A program made the position numbers and the translations under genes. Shown piece by piece: positions 20,164 to 28,596 of a stretch of 64,000 nucleotides of DNA. Location: positions 544,001-608,000 of the forward strand of contig CAVWGN010000001.1 in assembly GCA_963754655.1 (NCBI GenBank), given 5' to 3'. Position 1 is the stretch's first letter; each line of letters begins with the position of its first letter. Source of the DNA: an uncultured Chlamydiae bacterium (lineage in GTDB: Bacteria > Chlamydiota > Chlamydiia > Chlamydiales > Parachlamydiaceae). The notes beneath the pieces were generated by a model. The model was not told the origin of the DNA. It ran no database searches and saw nothing but the letters and a program-made list of their open reading frames with translations.

Positions 20164-21003
20164 GGGAGCGTACCTAAAAGATTAACCATTGTATAATACA
20201 AGCGATCGTCAACATTCCTGCATAATTTTGAGCTTTCATTTCGTATCTTATTCCAATACGCCTAAATCGTTTTATAAACTGAAAAAAATTTTCTACCAAG
20301 CAACGCTCTCTGTAGATATGTTTATCATGTTCAATTAGTTCAGCTCTTGATACTTTGCTGGGTATGACTGCTTGACTTCCCATCTTTTCTATAAAATTTC
20401 TGATTTCATTTGAGTCGTAAGCTTTATCAGCTATAACATTTTTTGGATTTTTTCCACTGAGTAAAAGCTTCATTTGAGTGCTCTCGTGTACTTGACCTTC
20501 TGTCAAGATAAAATCAATACAACGACCTAATCCATCTGTTACTGCATGAATTTTTGTGGTTGTTCCGGCCCTTGATTTTCCCATGGCTTCTTCGGCTTTT
20601 TTTTTATCCTACAAGCATCTTGATGCGCTTCAACAATTGAGCTGTCTACAGAGTAATTTTCTTCGTCAATTTCATCTTTTAAAGCTTGCCAAATCGTTTG
20701 CCAGATTCCAGCCTTTGTCCATCGATTAAAGCGATTATAACATGTGCTCCAAGGACCATACTTGGGTGGTAGATCCCTCCAAGCGGCTCCTGTTCTTAAA
20801 ATCCAAATAATGCCTTCTAAAATCTTACGATGAGGCCGACTTGGTCTGCCCCAATATCCTCGTTCTTTTGGCAATAAAGGTTTTATTTTTATCCATCTTT
20901 CATTAGTTAATACTATCCTACTCATTCAAATTTCCCCCTTGTTTTATCAGAGAAAATTATAAATCATAAGAGTTATTATTTTAAATCTTTTAGGTACGTT
21001 CCC
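20164..21003 (-). mobile_element. IS5-family element (IS427-like, two ORFs joined by a -1 frameshift)
   Basis: IRs GGGA(G/A)CGTACCTAAAAGATT; inserted in CTAG with TA/CTAG duplication. Confidence 0.92.
20174..20925 (-). CDS. IS5 transposase, orfA (20539..20925) + orfB (20174..20584)
   Basis: WILRTGAAWRDLP, DSS, KIHAVTD, ADKAYDS, YRERCLVENFF; A9G run at the overlap. Confidence 0.9.
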
Positions 21004-21006
21004 TAG

Positions 21007-21149
21007 TACTCAACCACACTAGTTTTTGCCCATTGGAACCGGCTTCAAAGCTCCGCGGTTGAATTGGCGTAGCAATATGGATCCACTTACGCTAATTCAA
21101 CCGGGGCTTTAAAGTAACCCCAATAGGCAGAAACTCATGTGGTTGAGTA
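21007..21149. mobile_element. MITE 'A' (TIR TACTCAACCACA), flanked by CTAG
   Basis: CTAG at 21003-06 and 21150-53; second copy at 62530..62686. Confidence 0.8.
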
Positions 21150-21211
21150 CTAGTCAAGGCGTTTTGATAATGCCGCAAGAGTCCGGAGGTCGACTGTTAA
21201 TAGCCCACCGT

Positions 21212-21869
21212 CGGGACTTAACAAAGAACTGTTTTTGGGCTTGATATTCGTCGAGTCAATTTAACAATACACCGCCTGTAACAGGATTTAAAGGCATAAT
21301 TCCCGAAAATGACGCGAAAAACATCAAAGCCCAAAACAGTTCTTTGTTAAGTCCCGGCCATAGGCTAGGAACGAAATGCTTCTGGCAAACTCCAGAAGCT
21401 AAATTTGTCGCTCAAGCGGCGTTAGCCGCGCATGGATAGTAGCCGTGGGTGTAGGCGAAGCCGGAACCCACGGTGTATGGTAAAAAAATGAAGCCACGTT
21501 AGTGGCGTAGGAAATGTGATTGTGGAGCAATGTTTATTTAAACGAATGCTACGCCACTAACGTGGCTCAAATTTGTTTTGAGGGTAACCGTGGGTTTCGG
21601 CTTGCGCCTACACCCACGGCTACTATCCATGCGCGGCTAACGCCGCTCGTCGCTGAGGGAAAGGATATGGATCAAGCAACATTGCAAAAACAAAGATAAA
21701 AATTCCGATTACTTAGCCATATGCCGGGACTTAACAAAGAACTGTTTTGGGCTTGATAATTTTTCGCGTCATTTTCGAGAAATATGCCTCTAAAGCCTGT
21801 TATAGGTGGGGCGTTGTTAAATTGATACGAAGAATATCAAGCCCAAAAACAGTTCTTTGTTAAGTCCCG
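21212..21869. mobile_element. Composite of two inverted ~145-bp MITEs 'D' (21212-21356, 21725-21869)
   Basis: 38-bp perfect outer TIR CGGGACTTAACAAAGAACTGTTTTTGGGCTTGATATTC; 9-bp direct repeat GCCCACCGT on both flanks. Confidence 0.82.
21415..21647. repeat. REP-like long palindrome 'E'
   Basis: AGCGGCGTTAGCCGCGCATGGATAGTAGCCGTGGGTGTAGGCG and its reverse complement; inner GCCACGTTAGTGGCGTAG pair. Confidence 0.85.
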
Positions 21870-22127
21870 GCCCACCGTGACCGAGCCCGGAGGGCGACCG
21901 AACGGTGGGTCCACACCCCCTCTCATAGAGCCTAGAGCAAAGCGGCGAGCGGCGACTGAATGCGTTGCATCATCTGCTTCCTTTTTCGCTTGATGGCGTA
22001 GCTCTGATAGGCTCTAAAAACTTATTATTCTTTATTTTATTTTAATATATTATTTATGTAATCTTATTTGCGTTAATTTACATTTTGAATAATTTAATTT
22101 ACCAAACAGTTTTGAGGAAAGGAAAAC

Positions 22128-23063
22128 ATGAAGCAGCTTTTTATATTAATTTTTTTGGCTATTAGCGTTTTGAGTCAATCTTTTCTTAGCTCTTCTCGTG
22201 CCCCCCTCGTTTATCCTATTTTCTGTGATTCAACATTGGAAGCTGACATTCCAAATAAATTGCGAGCAGCTCAACAAGTGCAGGTGCAACAATGTTCTTT
22301 AAATCTTCAAGGATTCATTCATTTAAAAATTTCAGGAAGTGCGCAATTTTCTGAAAGAACTTTTATGAAAATGGTGCGCAATCTTTCTCTTCGCCCTGAA
22401 AAGTTAATTGTGCTTGATTTAAGACAAGAATCTCATGGTTTTATTAATGGCAAGCCTGTGAGTTGGACAGATGGAAATTATAACTATGCAAATGTCAATA
22501 AAACAAAATCTGAAATTGAAGTGGATGAAAACCAACTTTTGAGGCTGGCAGCACAAGCTAAGAAAATCTTGATCAATCCTGTTAAAGAGCCTGTTACGTT
22601 AACTGTCTATACTGTTAAAACAGAGCGCGACTTAGTAGAAAGTTTGGGTTCTGCTTATATTCGATTACCCGTTACCGATCATAATCGGCCTACCAATGAA
22701 GTCGTAGATCAATTCATTCAATTAGTAAAAAGCTTGCCTGCCGATTATTGGATTCACATGCATTGCAAAGGAGGCAAAGGAAGAACAACCACTTTTTTAA
22801 CATTGTATGATATGATACATAATGCGCGTTGTGTCAGTTTACAGGATATCTTGGCAAGGCAATATTTAATTGGGGGAATTGACTTGACCGCCGTCCAGAA
22901 ACAAGATAGTGAAAAAACAAGAGCAGCGAATGAAAGGCTTGAATTTATTCAACAATTTTATCTGTATTGTCAACAAGTTCCCGGTTTTGATGTCCGCTGG
23001 TCAGATTGGGTAAAAAAACAACACTCGATCGTGAATAAAAAGTACTATGCTCAATCAGCCTAA
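22128..23063 (+). CDS. PTP-like phytase (cysteine phytase), secreted
   Basis: Signal peptide; SGSAQFS, DLRQESHG, DH loop, P-loop HCKGGKGRTT. Confidence 0.9.
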   Translation: MKQLFILIFLAISVLSQSFLSSSRAPLVYPIFCDSTLEADIPNKLRAAQQVQVQQCSLNLQGFIHLKISGSAQFSERTFMKMVRNLSLRPEKLIVLDLRQESHGFINGKPVSWTDGNYNYANVNKTKSEIEVDENQLLRLAAQAKKILINPVKEPVTLTVYTVKTERDLVESLGSAYIRLPVTDHNRPTNEVVDQFIQLVKSLPADYWIHMHCKGGKGRTTTFLTLYDMIHNARCVSLQDILARQYLIGGIDLTAVQKQDSEKTRAANERLEFIQQFYLYCQQVPGFDVRWSDWVKKQHSIVNKKYYAQSA

Positions 23064-24687
23064 TTTTTTAATTTTAAGTTTATTTCTTCATTTTTGCTTT
23101 TCTTTTTCTTTATTCAGTTTATGCGTTTCGGATCTTTCTCTTGAAGAAAAGATAGGACAACTTTTGATGGTTCATTTTCATGGTCAAGAAGCGAATGAGG
23201 AGGCTAAGCGTTTAATTCAAGAGATGTTTGTAGGAGGAGTGATTTATTACAATTGGGCTAACGAGCTTAGTCATCCAGAGCAAGTCCAAAACTTAAGTCA
23301 AGGTTTACAGCAGTTAGCTCAAAAGACTCCTCACGCCATTCCATTGTTGGTTGCGATAGACCAAGAGGGAGGGCGCGTCAGTCGTCTTAAGCACGGTTTC
23401 ACCGTATTTCCAGGTAACTATGCGCTAGGTCAAACGGGAGAGTGGCAATGGGGAGAAGAGAGCGCTTGGATGATGGGAGAGGAGCTCAAAGCGGCGGGAA
23501 TTTCTCTCAATTTGGCTCCTGTTATCGATGTCTACACGCAGCCAGCCAATCCTGTGATTGGCATACGCGCTTTTAGTTCTGATCCACTCCTCGTGTCGCA
23601 TTGGGGAAAATATGTGATTCAAGGGTATCGAAAAGCGGGCATCATTGCTGCTCTCAAACATTTTCCAGGACATGGAGATGTGCAAGTGGATTCGCATGAG
23701 GCTCTCCCTAGCGTTTCTAAAAAACGTGAAGAATTGGAACAAATCGAGCTCTATCCTTTTCGCTGCCTTGCCCCTCAAGCAGATGTCATCCTAACTGCTC
23801 ACTTATTAGTCCCTGCTTTGGATGCTCAATTCTGTACAACGTTTTCCAAAAAGATCATCACTGGTTTGTTGAGAAAAGATCTCAACTTTCAAGGAGTCAT
23901 TATGACCGATTCTTTAGCAATGGATGGAGTATTGAGCCAGTGTCCCTCACTTGAAGAAGCTGTTCTCAAAAGTTTAGAGGCTGGGCATGATATAATTCTC
24001 TTAGGAGGCAAGCAGCTTTTAGCTTCTCAAAATGGATTGGAATTTACAGTTGCAGATATCATGCGCATTCATCGCTTCCTCATCGATGCTGTTAAACAAG
24101 GAAAGCTTTCTGAAAAGCGCGTGAATGAATCTGTTGACCGCATTCTAGCCTTGAAGCAGAAATATGGATTATTTGATTTTGCACCTCTGACTCCTGCGCA
24201 TTTAAAATCACAAGTCCACACAGATACACATTGCGCTCTTGCTCAACAGATTGCAAGGCGGGCTTTATGCTTAATTCAAGGACAAAACTTAATCCCCCTA
24301 TCTTTTGACTCTTCTTTTTTGGTGGTGGCTCCTGATTGTTTGCGCGATGAAATGACTCAGACTGATTGGCATTTGCTAGGATCCCAAATTTTTTATTTTA
24401 AAGGTTTAAATCCTGATCAAGCAGTGATTCAAGAAATTAAATCGTTGGCAGAAAAAACTAAGAATTGCCTTTATCTTTCGTATAATGCTTGGCAGTATTC
24501 AGGGCAGCGCGCACTTTTTCAGCAACTTCAAGAGTCTTCTTGTTGCATGGTGGCGATTGTGGTTCGCGATCCTCTGGATGCCGAGTATTTGAATTTAGCC
24601 GATGTAGTGCTCTGTACATTTAGTCCAGTTGCTTGCTCGTTACAAGCTGCTTTTGATTACTTGAAAGGAAACATTTCTTTTAGATAG
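23047..24687 (+). CDS. nagZ: GH3 beta-N-acetylhexosaminidase (NagZ-like)
   Basis: DQEGGRV, KHFPGHGD..VDSH, IMTDSL. Confidence 0.85.
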   Translation: MLNQPNFLILSLFLHFCFSFSLFSLCVSDLSLEEKIGQLLMVHFHGQEANEEAKRLIQEMFVGGVIYYNWANELSHPEQVQNLSQGLQQLAQKTPHAIPLLVAIDQEGGRVSRLKHGFTVFPGNYALGQTGEWQWGEESAWMMGEELKAAGISLNLAPVIDVYTQPANPVIGIRAFSSDPLLVSHWGKYVIQGYRKAGIIAALKHFPGHGDVQVDSHEALPSVSKKREELEQIELYPFRCLAPQADVILTAHLLVPALDAQFCTTFSKKIITGLLRKDLNFQGVIMTDSLAMDGVLSQCPSLEEAVLKSLEAGHDIILLGGKQLLASQNGLEFTVADIMRIHRFLIDAVKQGKLSEKRVNESVDRILALKQKYGLFDFAPLTPAHLKSQVHTDTHCALAQQIARRALCLIQGQNLIPLSFDSSFLVVAPDCLRDEMTQTDWHLLGSQIFYFKGLNPDQAVIQEIKSLAEKTKNCLYLSYNAWQYSGQRALFQQLQESSCCMVAIVVRDPLDAEYLNLADVVLCTFSPVACSLQAAFDYLKGNISFR

Positions 24688-25608
24688 AGCTTCTTGAATA
24701 CATTCAACAAAATAATCATCATTTAAAATCGCTTCAAGGGTATCAACACGAACGATTTGATTTTGACTTGCAAGTTCTGTAATGGTAACAGGCTTGCCGG
24801 TTTTTGCATCAATGGGTGCTATAATATTTTCTTCATTATCCTTTAGCTCAATGTGATCATCAAAAAAAATTCCAAGAACATCATGATCGCTTAGGTCTAA
24901 GATAAATGGTTTGCCGAACTGACTCCTCATTTCTCCTTTGATCCAATATTCCCAATCATCCCGAATTGCAATATGCGTTAAAGAACATAAGGTTTCATAA
25001 ATCTCAAAAGGATGACTCTTTTTAATTTCATTATCTACAAGAAGAATTCCTTTATTGAATATTCCCATGTGAAGAAACTTATTTTGATAATTTGCATTGA
25101 TTTCATTTGCAATTTCAAAAACCTCAGCGCCAAAACTGCGTAAAATCAGTGTATAGGGGATTGCTTCGCGATCTAATTTTTTTAAAAGATGATAGAAAGA
25201 GGGAAAGACAATTCCTTGAGCACTTTGCAACTTTTCTAAAGCTCGGTGATAGGTGATGAGGGCCTCTGGATATAAAGGATGATGTTTTTCACACAAATCA
25301 TCGATAAAATGATTAAGATAAGCTCTGCGCTTTTTTTTGAGTTCTAAATCATATTCGGGACCGGGTAATAAGATCTCTCGAATATAAGTGTCATAAGAGA
25401 TGGGCTCCTGAAGGGAAGAGTTCCACCTAAATTGATAGTGACAAGACAACAGTTGATTGAGCACATCATGAATAGACTGCCCTCCAGATCTATCACTGGC
25501 AATCAAAGTTTTATTGATATCAAAATTCAACATTAAATGAGGGAATTCCCCAAATACTTGAGAAGTCGCGATTAGAAATAGAAAGATCATTTTGAAAATG
25601 AGTCTCAT
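24640..25608 (-). CDS. Hypothetical secreted protein, possibly HAD-like
   Basis: Signal peptide; LNFDINKT and FFDD resemble HAD motifs I and IV. Confidence 0.7.
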   Translation of the reverse strand: MRLIFKMIFLFLIATSQVFGEFPHLMLNFDINKTLIASDRSGGQSIHDVLNQLLSCHYQFRWNSSLQEPISYDTYIREILLPGPEYDLELKKKRRAYLNHFIDDLCEKHHPLYPEALITYHRALEKLQSAQGIVFPSFYHLLKKLDREAIPYTLILRSFGAEVFEIANEINANYQNKFLHMGIFNKGILLVDNEIKKSHPFEIYETLCSLTHIAIRDDWEYWIKGEMRSQFGKPFILDLSDHDVLGIFFDDHIELKDNEENIIAPIDAKTGKPVTITELASQNQIVRVDTLEAILNDDYFVECIQEALSKRNVSFQVIKSSL

Positions 25609-25773
25609 TCATGCCTGCCTTTCTTTTGATCTTTAAAGCGGGTAATAAAAGGTGCAGATTGATAAAAATAAAAGAGATAAGTGGAGCCTATTTTTTAGTC
25701 TTTTTGTCCTTTCTGTCAACCTATACTTTTTAATCAATCCTAAGTATGGACATTAGCAAATCAAAAAGGTTAA

Positions 25774-25802
25774 TTGACAAAAATAATCAAACTTGTTATA
25801 TT
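25774..25802 (+). promoter_or_regulatory. sigma66/sigma70-type promoter upstream of the leader and symporter
   Basis: TTGACA-N17-TATATT. Confidence 0.7.
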
Positions 25803-25889
25803 AATATAAGTTCTTTTTGCCTTCTTTGTTAACCTGTTTAGGTTTTGACGGTAAAAAGAAAAGAACATGATAATTAGAAGGATATAACC

Positions 25890-26006
25890 ATGCAACCCAT
25901 CCGTTGGATATTAATAGACAAGCTGCAAATCTTTGCAAATATTTCTACCCTTTCTTCTGTTCTTTTCTTCCCCTCTCATTACCATCATCATTCTCATTCT
26001 TGCTAA
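25890..26006 (+). CDS. Putative His-rich leader peptide (38 aa)
   Basis: AAGGA SD 7 nt before ATG; MQPIRWILIDKLQIFANISTLSSVLFFPSHYHHHSHSC*. Confidence 0.6.
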   Translation: MQPIRWILIDKLQIFANISTLSSVLFFPSHYHHHSHSC

Positions 26007-26109
26007 TTCCTCTGACTCTTTGAATTTCTCCTTTGCTTATTTCGAAAATCTAAAGCAAAAAAGATTAAAAAATTAATTACAGGTTATGACTTATTAAGGA
26101 CCAAAAGAT

Positions 26110-27477
26110 ATGAATACAACTGTTTTCGTAGGAATATTAGCCCTACTTCAATTGATTTGCCTTTGGACAGGCAAAAGAGCCTCCAAAAACTTGCAAAATC
26201 AACAAGACTACTTTCTTGCAGGTAAAGACATTCGTTTTTTTCCGCTATTAATGACTTTTGTTGCCACGCAAATTGGAGGAGGATTAGTGCTGGGAGCAGC
26301 AGAAGAAGCCTACCTATTTGGATGGTCTGTCTTGCTTTATCCCTTTGGCGCCTGTTTAGGATTTGTTGTCTTGGCTTTGGGCATAGGCAAAAAATTGGCT
26401 CGCTTTCAAGTGTCCACTGTTGCCGAATTATTGGAGGTGGTTTACCAAACGCGTTTGCTTAAAAGCATGGCTTCTTTGCTTTCGATTGTTTCTCTGTTTA
26501 TGATTTTAATGGCGCAAGTCATTGCTTCACGTAAATTCATGGTCAGCCTAGGTTTAGATCACTCCATCCTTTTCTTAACTTTTTGGGGAATTGTCATCAT
26601 TTATACTGTGATGGGGGGCCTCAAGGCTGTTGTCTCCATTGATATCATTCAAGCACTTTTTTTTATTATCGTCTTTGCTTCAGGGCTGGGATATATTCTT
26701 TATACGGGTTCGTTCTCTTTAGCTAGCGTTGTAGAAGCAGGATGGAAAAGCGAAGTTTTTGATTTCAATGTAGCAAAATTGAGCGGATGGCTTTTAATGC
26801 CCTTGCTTTTTATGGTTATTGAACAAGACATGGCGCAAAGATGTTTTGCAGCGCACTCACCACGTGTGGTCACACGTGCTGCAGCTTATGCTGCTTTATG
26901 TACGCTTCTTGTTTGCTTCATTCCTGTATTTCTAGGAATTTTGGGCAAGCAAATGGGGGTTATAGTGCCAGCTGGATCTAGTGTCTTTATGGATGTCGTG
27001 CAAGCGCTTACCAATCCTTATTTGTCAGCTTTTATTGGATGCGCTGTCTTAATGGCTGTTTTATCTACGGCTATTTCATTGCTTAATGCTGTCAGTTCTA
27101 ATCTCAGCCAAGATTTTGACTTAATAAAGGGGTCTCAAAGTCTCCAATTGTCTCGCCGAATGACAGCAGGAATTGGACTTGCCGCAGTAGGCGGTTCATT
27201 TTATGCAGGAGAGATTGTGGATCTTTTAATTCAAAGTTATGAACTCTCCGTTTATTGTCTTTTTATTCCTGTATGTGCAGCTCTCTTTAAGTCTCGAGGT
27301 AATTCTCTTTCCGCTTGGATGGCTTTTATCTTAGGTGGAATGGGTTTTTGTTTAACGCGCTTTGTCTCTTTTGATATTCCAAAAGAAGTCTTTAGCCTCC
27401 TTCTCTCCGGGACAGGTTATGGTATTGGAGAGGGCTGGATGCGATGGCGAGCACGGTCTTTAGTTAAGACTCATTGA
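26110..27477 (+). CDS. Sodium:solute symporter family protein
   Basis: DYFLAGK, YTVMGGLKAVV..D.IQ, QRCFAA; many TM helices. Confidence 0.92.
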   Translation: MNTTVFVGILALLQLICLWTGKRASKNLQNQQDYFLAGKDIRFFPLLMTFVATQIGGGLVLGAAEEAYLFGWSVLLYPFGACLGFVVLALGIGKKLARFQVSTVAELLEVVYQTRLLKSMASLLSIVSLFMILMAQVIASRKFMVSLGLDHSILFLTFWGIVIIYTVMGGLKAVVSIDIIQALFFIIVFASGLGYILYTGSFSLASVVEAGWKSEVFDFNVAKLSGWLLMPLLFMVIEQDMAQRCFAAHSPRVVTRAAAYAALCTLLVCFIPVFLGILGKQMGVIVPAGSSVFMDVVQALTNPYLSAFIGCAVLMAVLSTAISLLNAVSSNLSQDFDLIKGSQSLQLSRRMTAGIGLAAVGGSFYAGEIVDLLIQSYELSVYCLFIPVCAALFKSRGNSLSAWMAFILGGMGFCLTRFVSFDIPKEVFSLLLSGTGYGIGEGWMRWRARSLVKTH

Positions 27478-27521
27478 TAATGGCTAAAGTCACGCATTCA
27501 GTATCTTCTTAGCTTTGATAT

Positions 27522-27604
27522 CCAGGATGTTTTTACTAAAAAAATCTGACAATTGCAGCCTTTCAGGCTGCAATTGTCAAATTTTTTTAGTAAAAACATC
27601 CTGG
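27522..27604. repeat. 83-bp near-perfect palindrome
   Basis: ~40-bp arms with one mismatch around a TTC loop. Confidence 0.85.
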
Positions 27605-27622
27605 CTTGATACCTGATCTATC

Positions 27623-27674
27623 TATACGGCTCAATCATCTGCCTATACGGCTCAATCATCTGCTCAATCATCTG
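27623..27674. repeat. 21-bp tandem repeat x2 plus a partial copy, upstream of cyoA
   Basis: CTATACGGCTCAATCATCTGC x2 then TCAATCATCTG. Confidence 0.8.
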
Positions 27675-27726
27675 TTGGTTTATTTTAATATTGACTTAAA
27701 TACCCCTCATATTTTTTGATCAAAAT

Positions 27727-28596
27727 ATGAAAAGAAATTTTTTAATAGGTTTGCTTGCCATCATACTCGCGTTGATTGGCATCGTGATTGTGTTGGCTAG
27801 TGAAAATACTTTAGTGTTTCATCCCAAAGGAATTGTTGCCCAGAATGAATTGGAACTGATTATTACAAACATCATTCTCATGATGATCATTATCGTTCCA
27901 ACTTATCTCCTTTTATTTGCGGTTGTATGGAAATATTGCATTAAGAATAAAAATGCAAAATATGATCCCAATCACAAATACGGGCCTATGGGTGAATTAA
28001 TGATGTGGGGACTTCCTTCTATCATCGTTACGGTGATGGCTATTGTGACATGGAATGCTACGCACAAATTGAACCCCTATAAACCTCTTGAAAGTAACGT
28101 CAAGCCACTCATTGTACAAATAGTTGCTTTGGATTGGAAATGGTTATTTATTTATCCAGAGCAAGGAATTGCCACATTGAATGAGTTCTATATTCCGGAA
28201 CAGACTCCAATTCATTTACAGTTAACGGCGGACAGCGCGCCGATGAATTCGTTTTGGATTCCACAATTGAGTGGGCAAATTTATGCAATGGCGGGGATGA
28301 CCACCCAACTTTACCTCATGGCCGACGGTCCAGGGGAGTATAGGGGCCGGGCTGTGGAGATCAATGGGGAAGGATATGCAGATATGACGTTTCAAGCAAA
28401 ATCGACTTCTCAAAAGGACTTTGAAAAATGGTTGGTAGGGGTTAAACAATCTTCTCTTCATTTAACTGAAGCTGCTTATGATGAACTTGTCGAGCATTAT
28501 GTGGATAAATCCGTTATCCTCTTTTCGGAAGTAGAAAAAGATCTCTATCATAAAATTGTTTATAAATACATGTATCCAACCACACCGGTATTATGA
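27727..28596 (+). CDS. cyoA: Cytochrome bo3-type quinol oxidase subunit II
   Basis: LDWKWLFIYP, MNSFWIPQL.GQIYAM; no CuA cysteines. Confidence 0.95.
   Translation: MKRNFLIGLLAIILALIGIVIVLASENTLVFHPKGIVAQNELELIITNIILMMIIIVPTYLLLFAVVWKYCIKNKNAKYDPNHKYGPMGELMMWGLPSIIVTVMAIVTWNATHKLNPYKPLESNVKPLIVQIVALDWKWLFIYPEQGIATLNEFYIPEQTPIHLQLTADSAPMNSFWIPQLSGQIYAMAGMTTQLYLMADGPGEYRGRAVEINGEGYADMTFQAKSTSQKDFEKWLVGVKQSSLHLTEAAYDELVEHYVDKSVILFSEVEKDLYHKIVYKYMYPTTPVL

Larger units (their letters stand above)
20013..21968. repeat. Compound nested palindromic element containing an IS5, a CTAG-targeting MITE and a composite MITE pair
   Basis: Outer arms ~20013-20109 and ~21870-21968 are inverted, and homologous to arms at ~62315-62410 / ~62715-62810. 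Confidence 0.85.

Noticed and set aside
26025..26062. Intrinsic attenuator terminator after the His leader
   Set aside because: The weak AT-rich stem (TTTGCTT/AAGCAAA) is followed by A's, not U's
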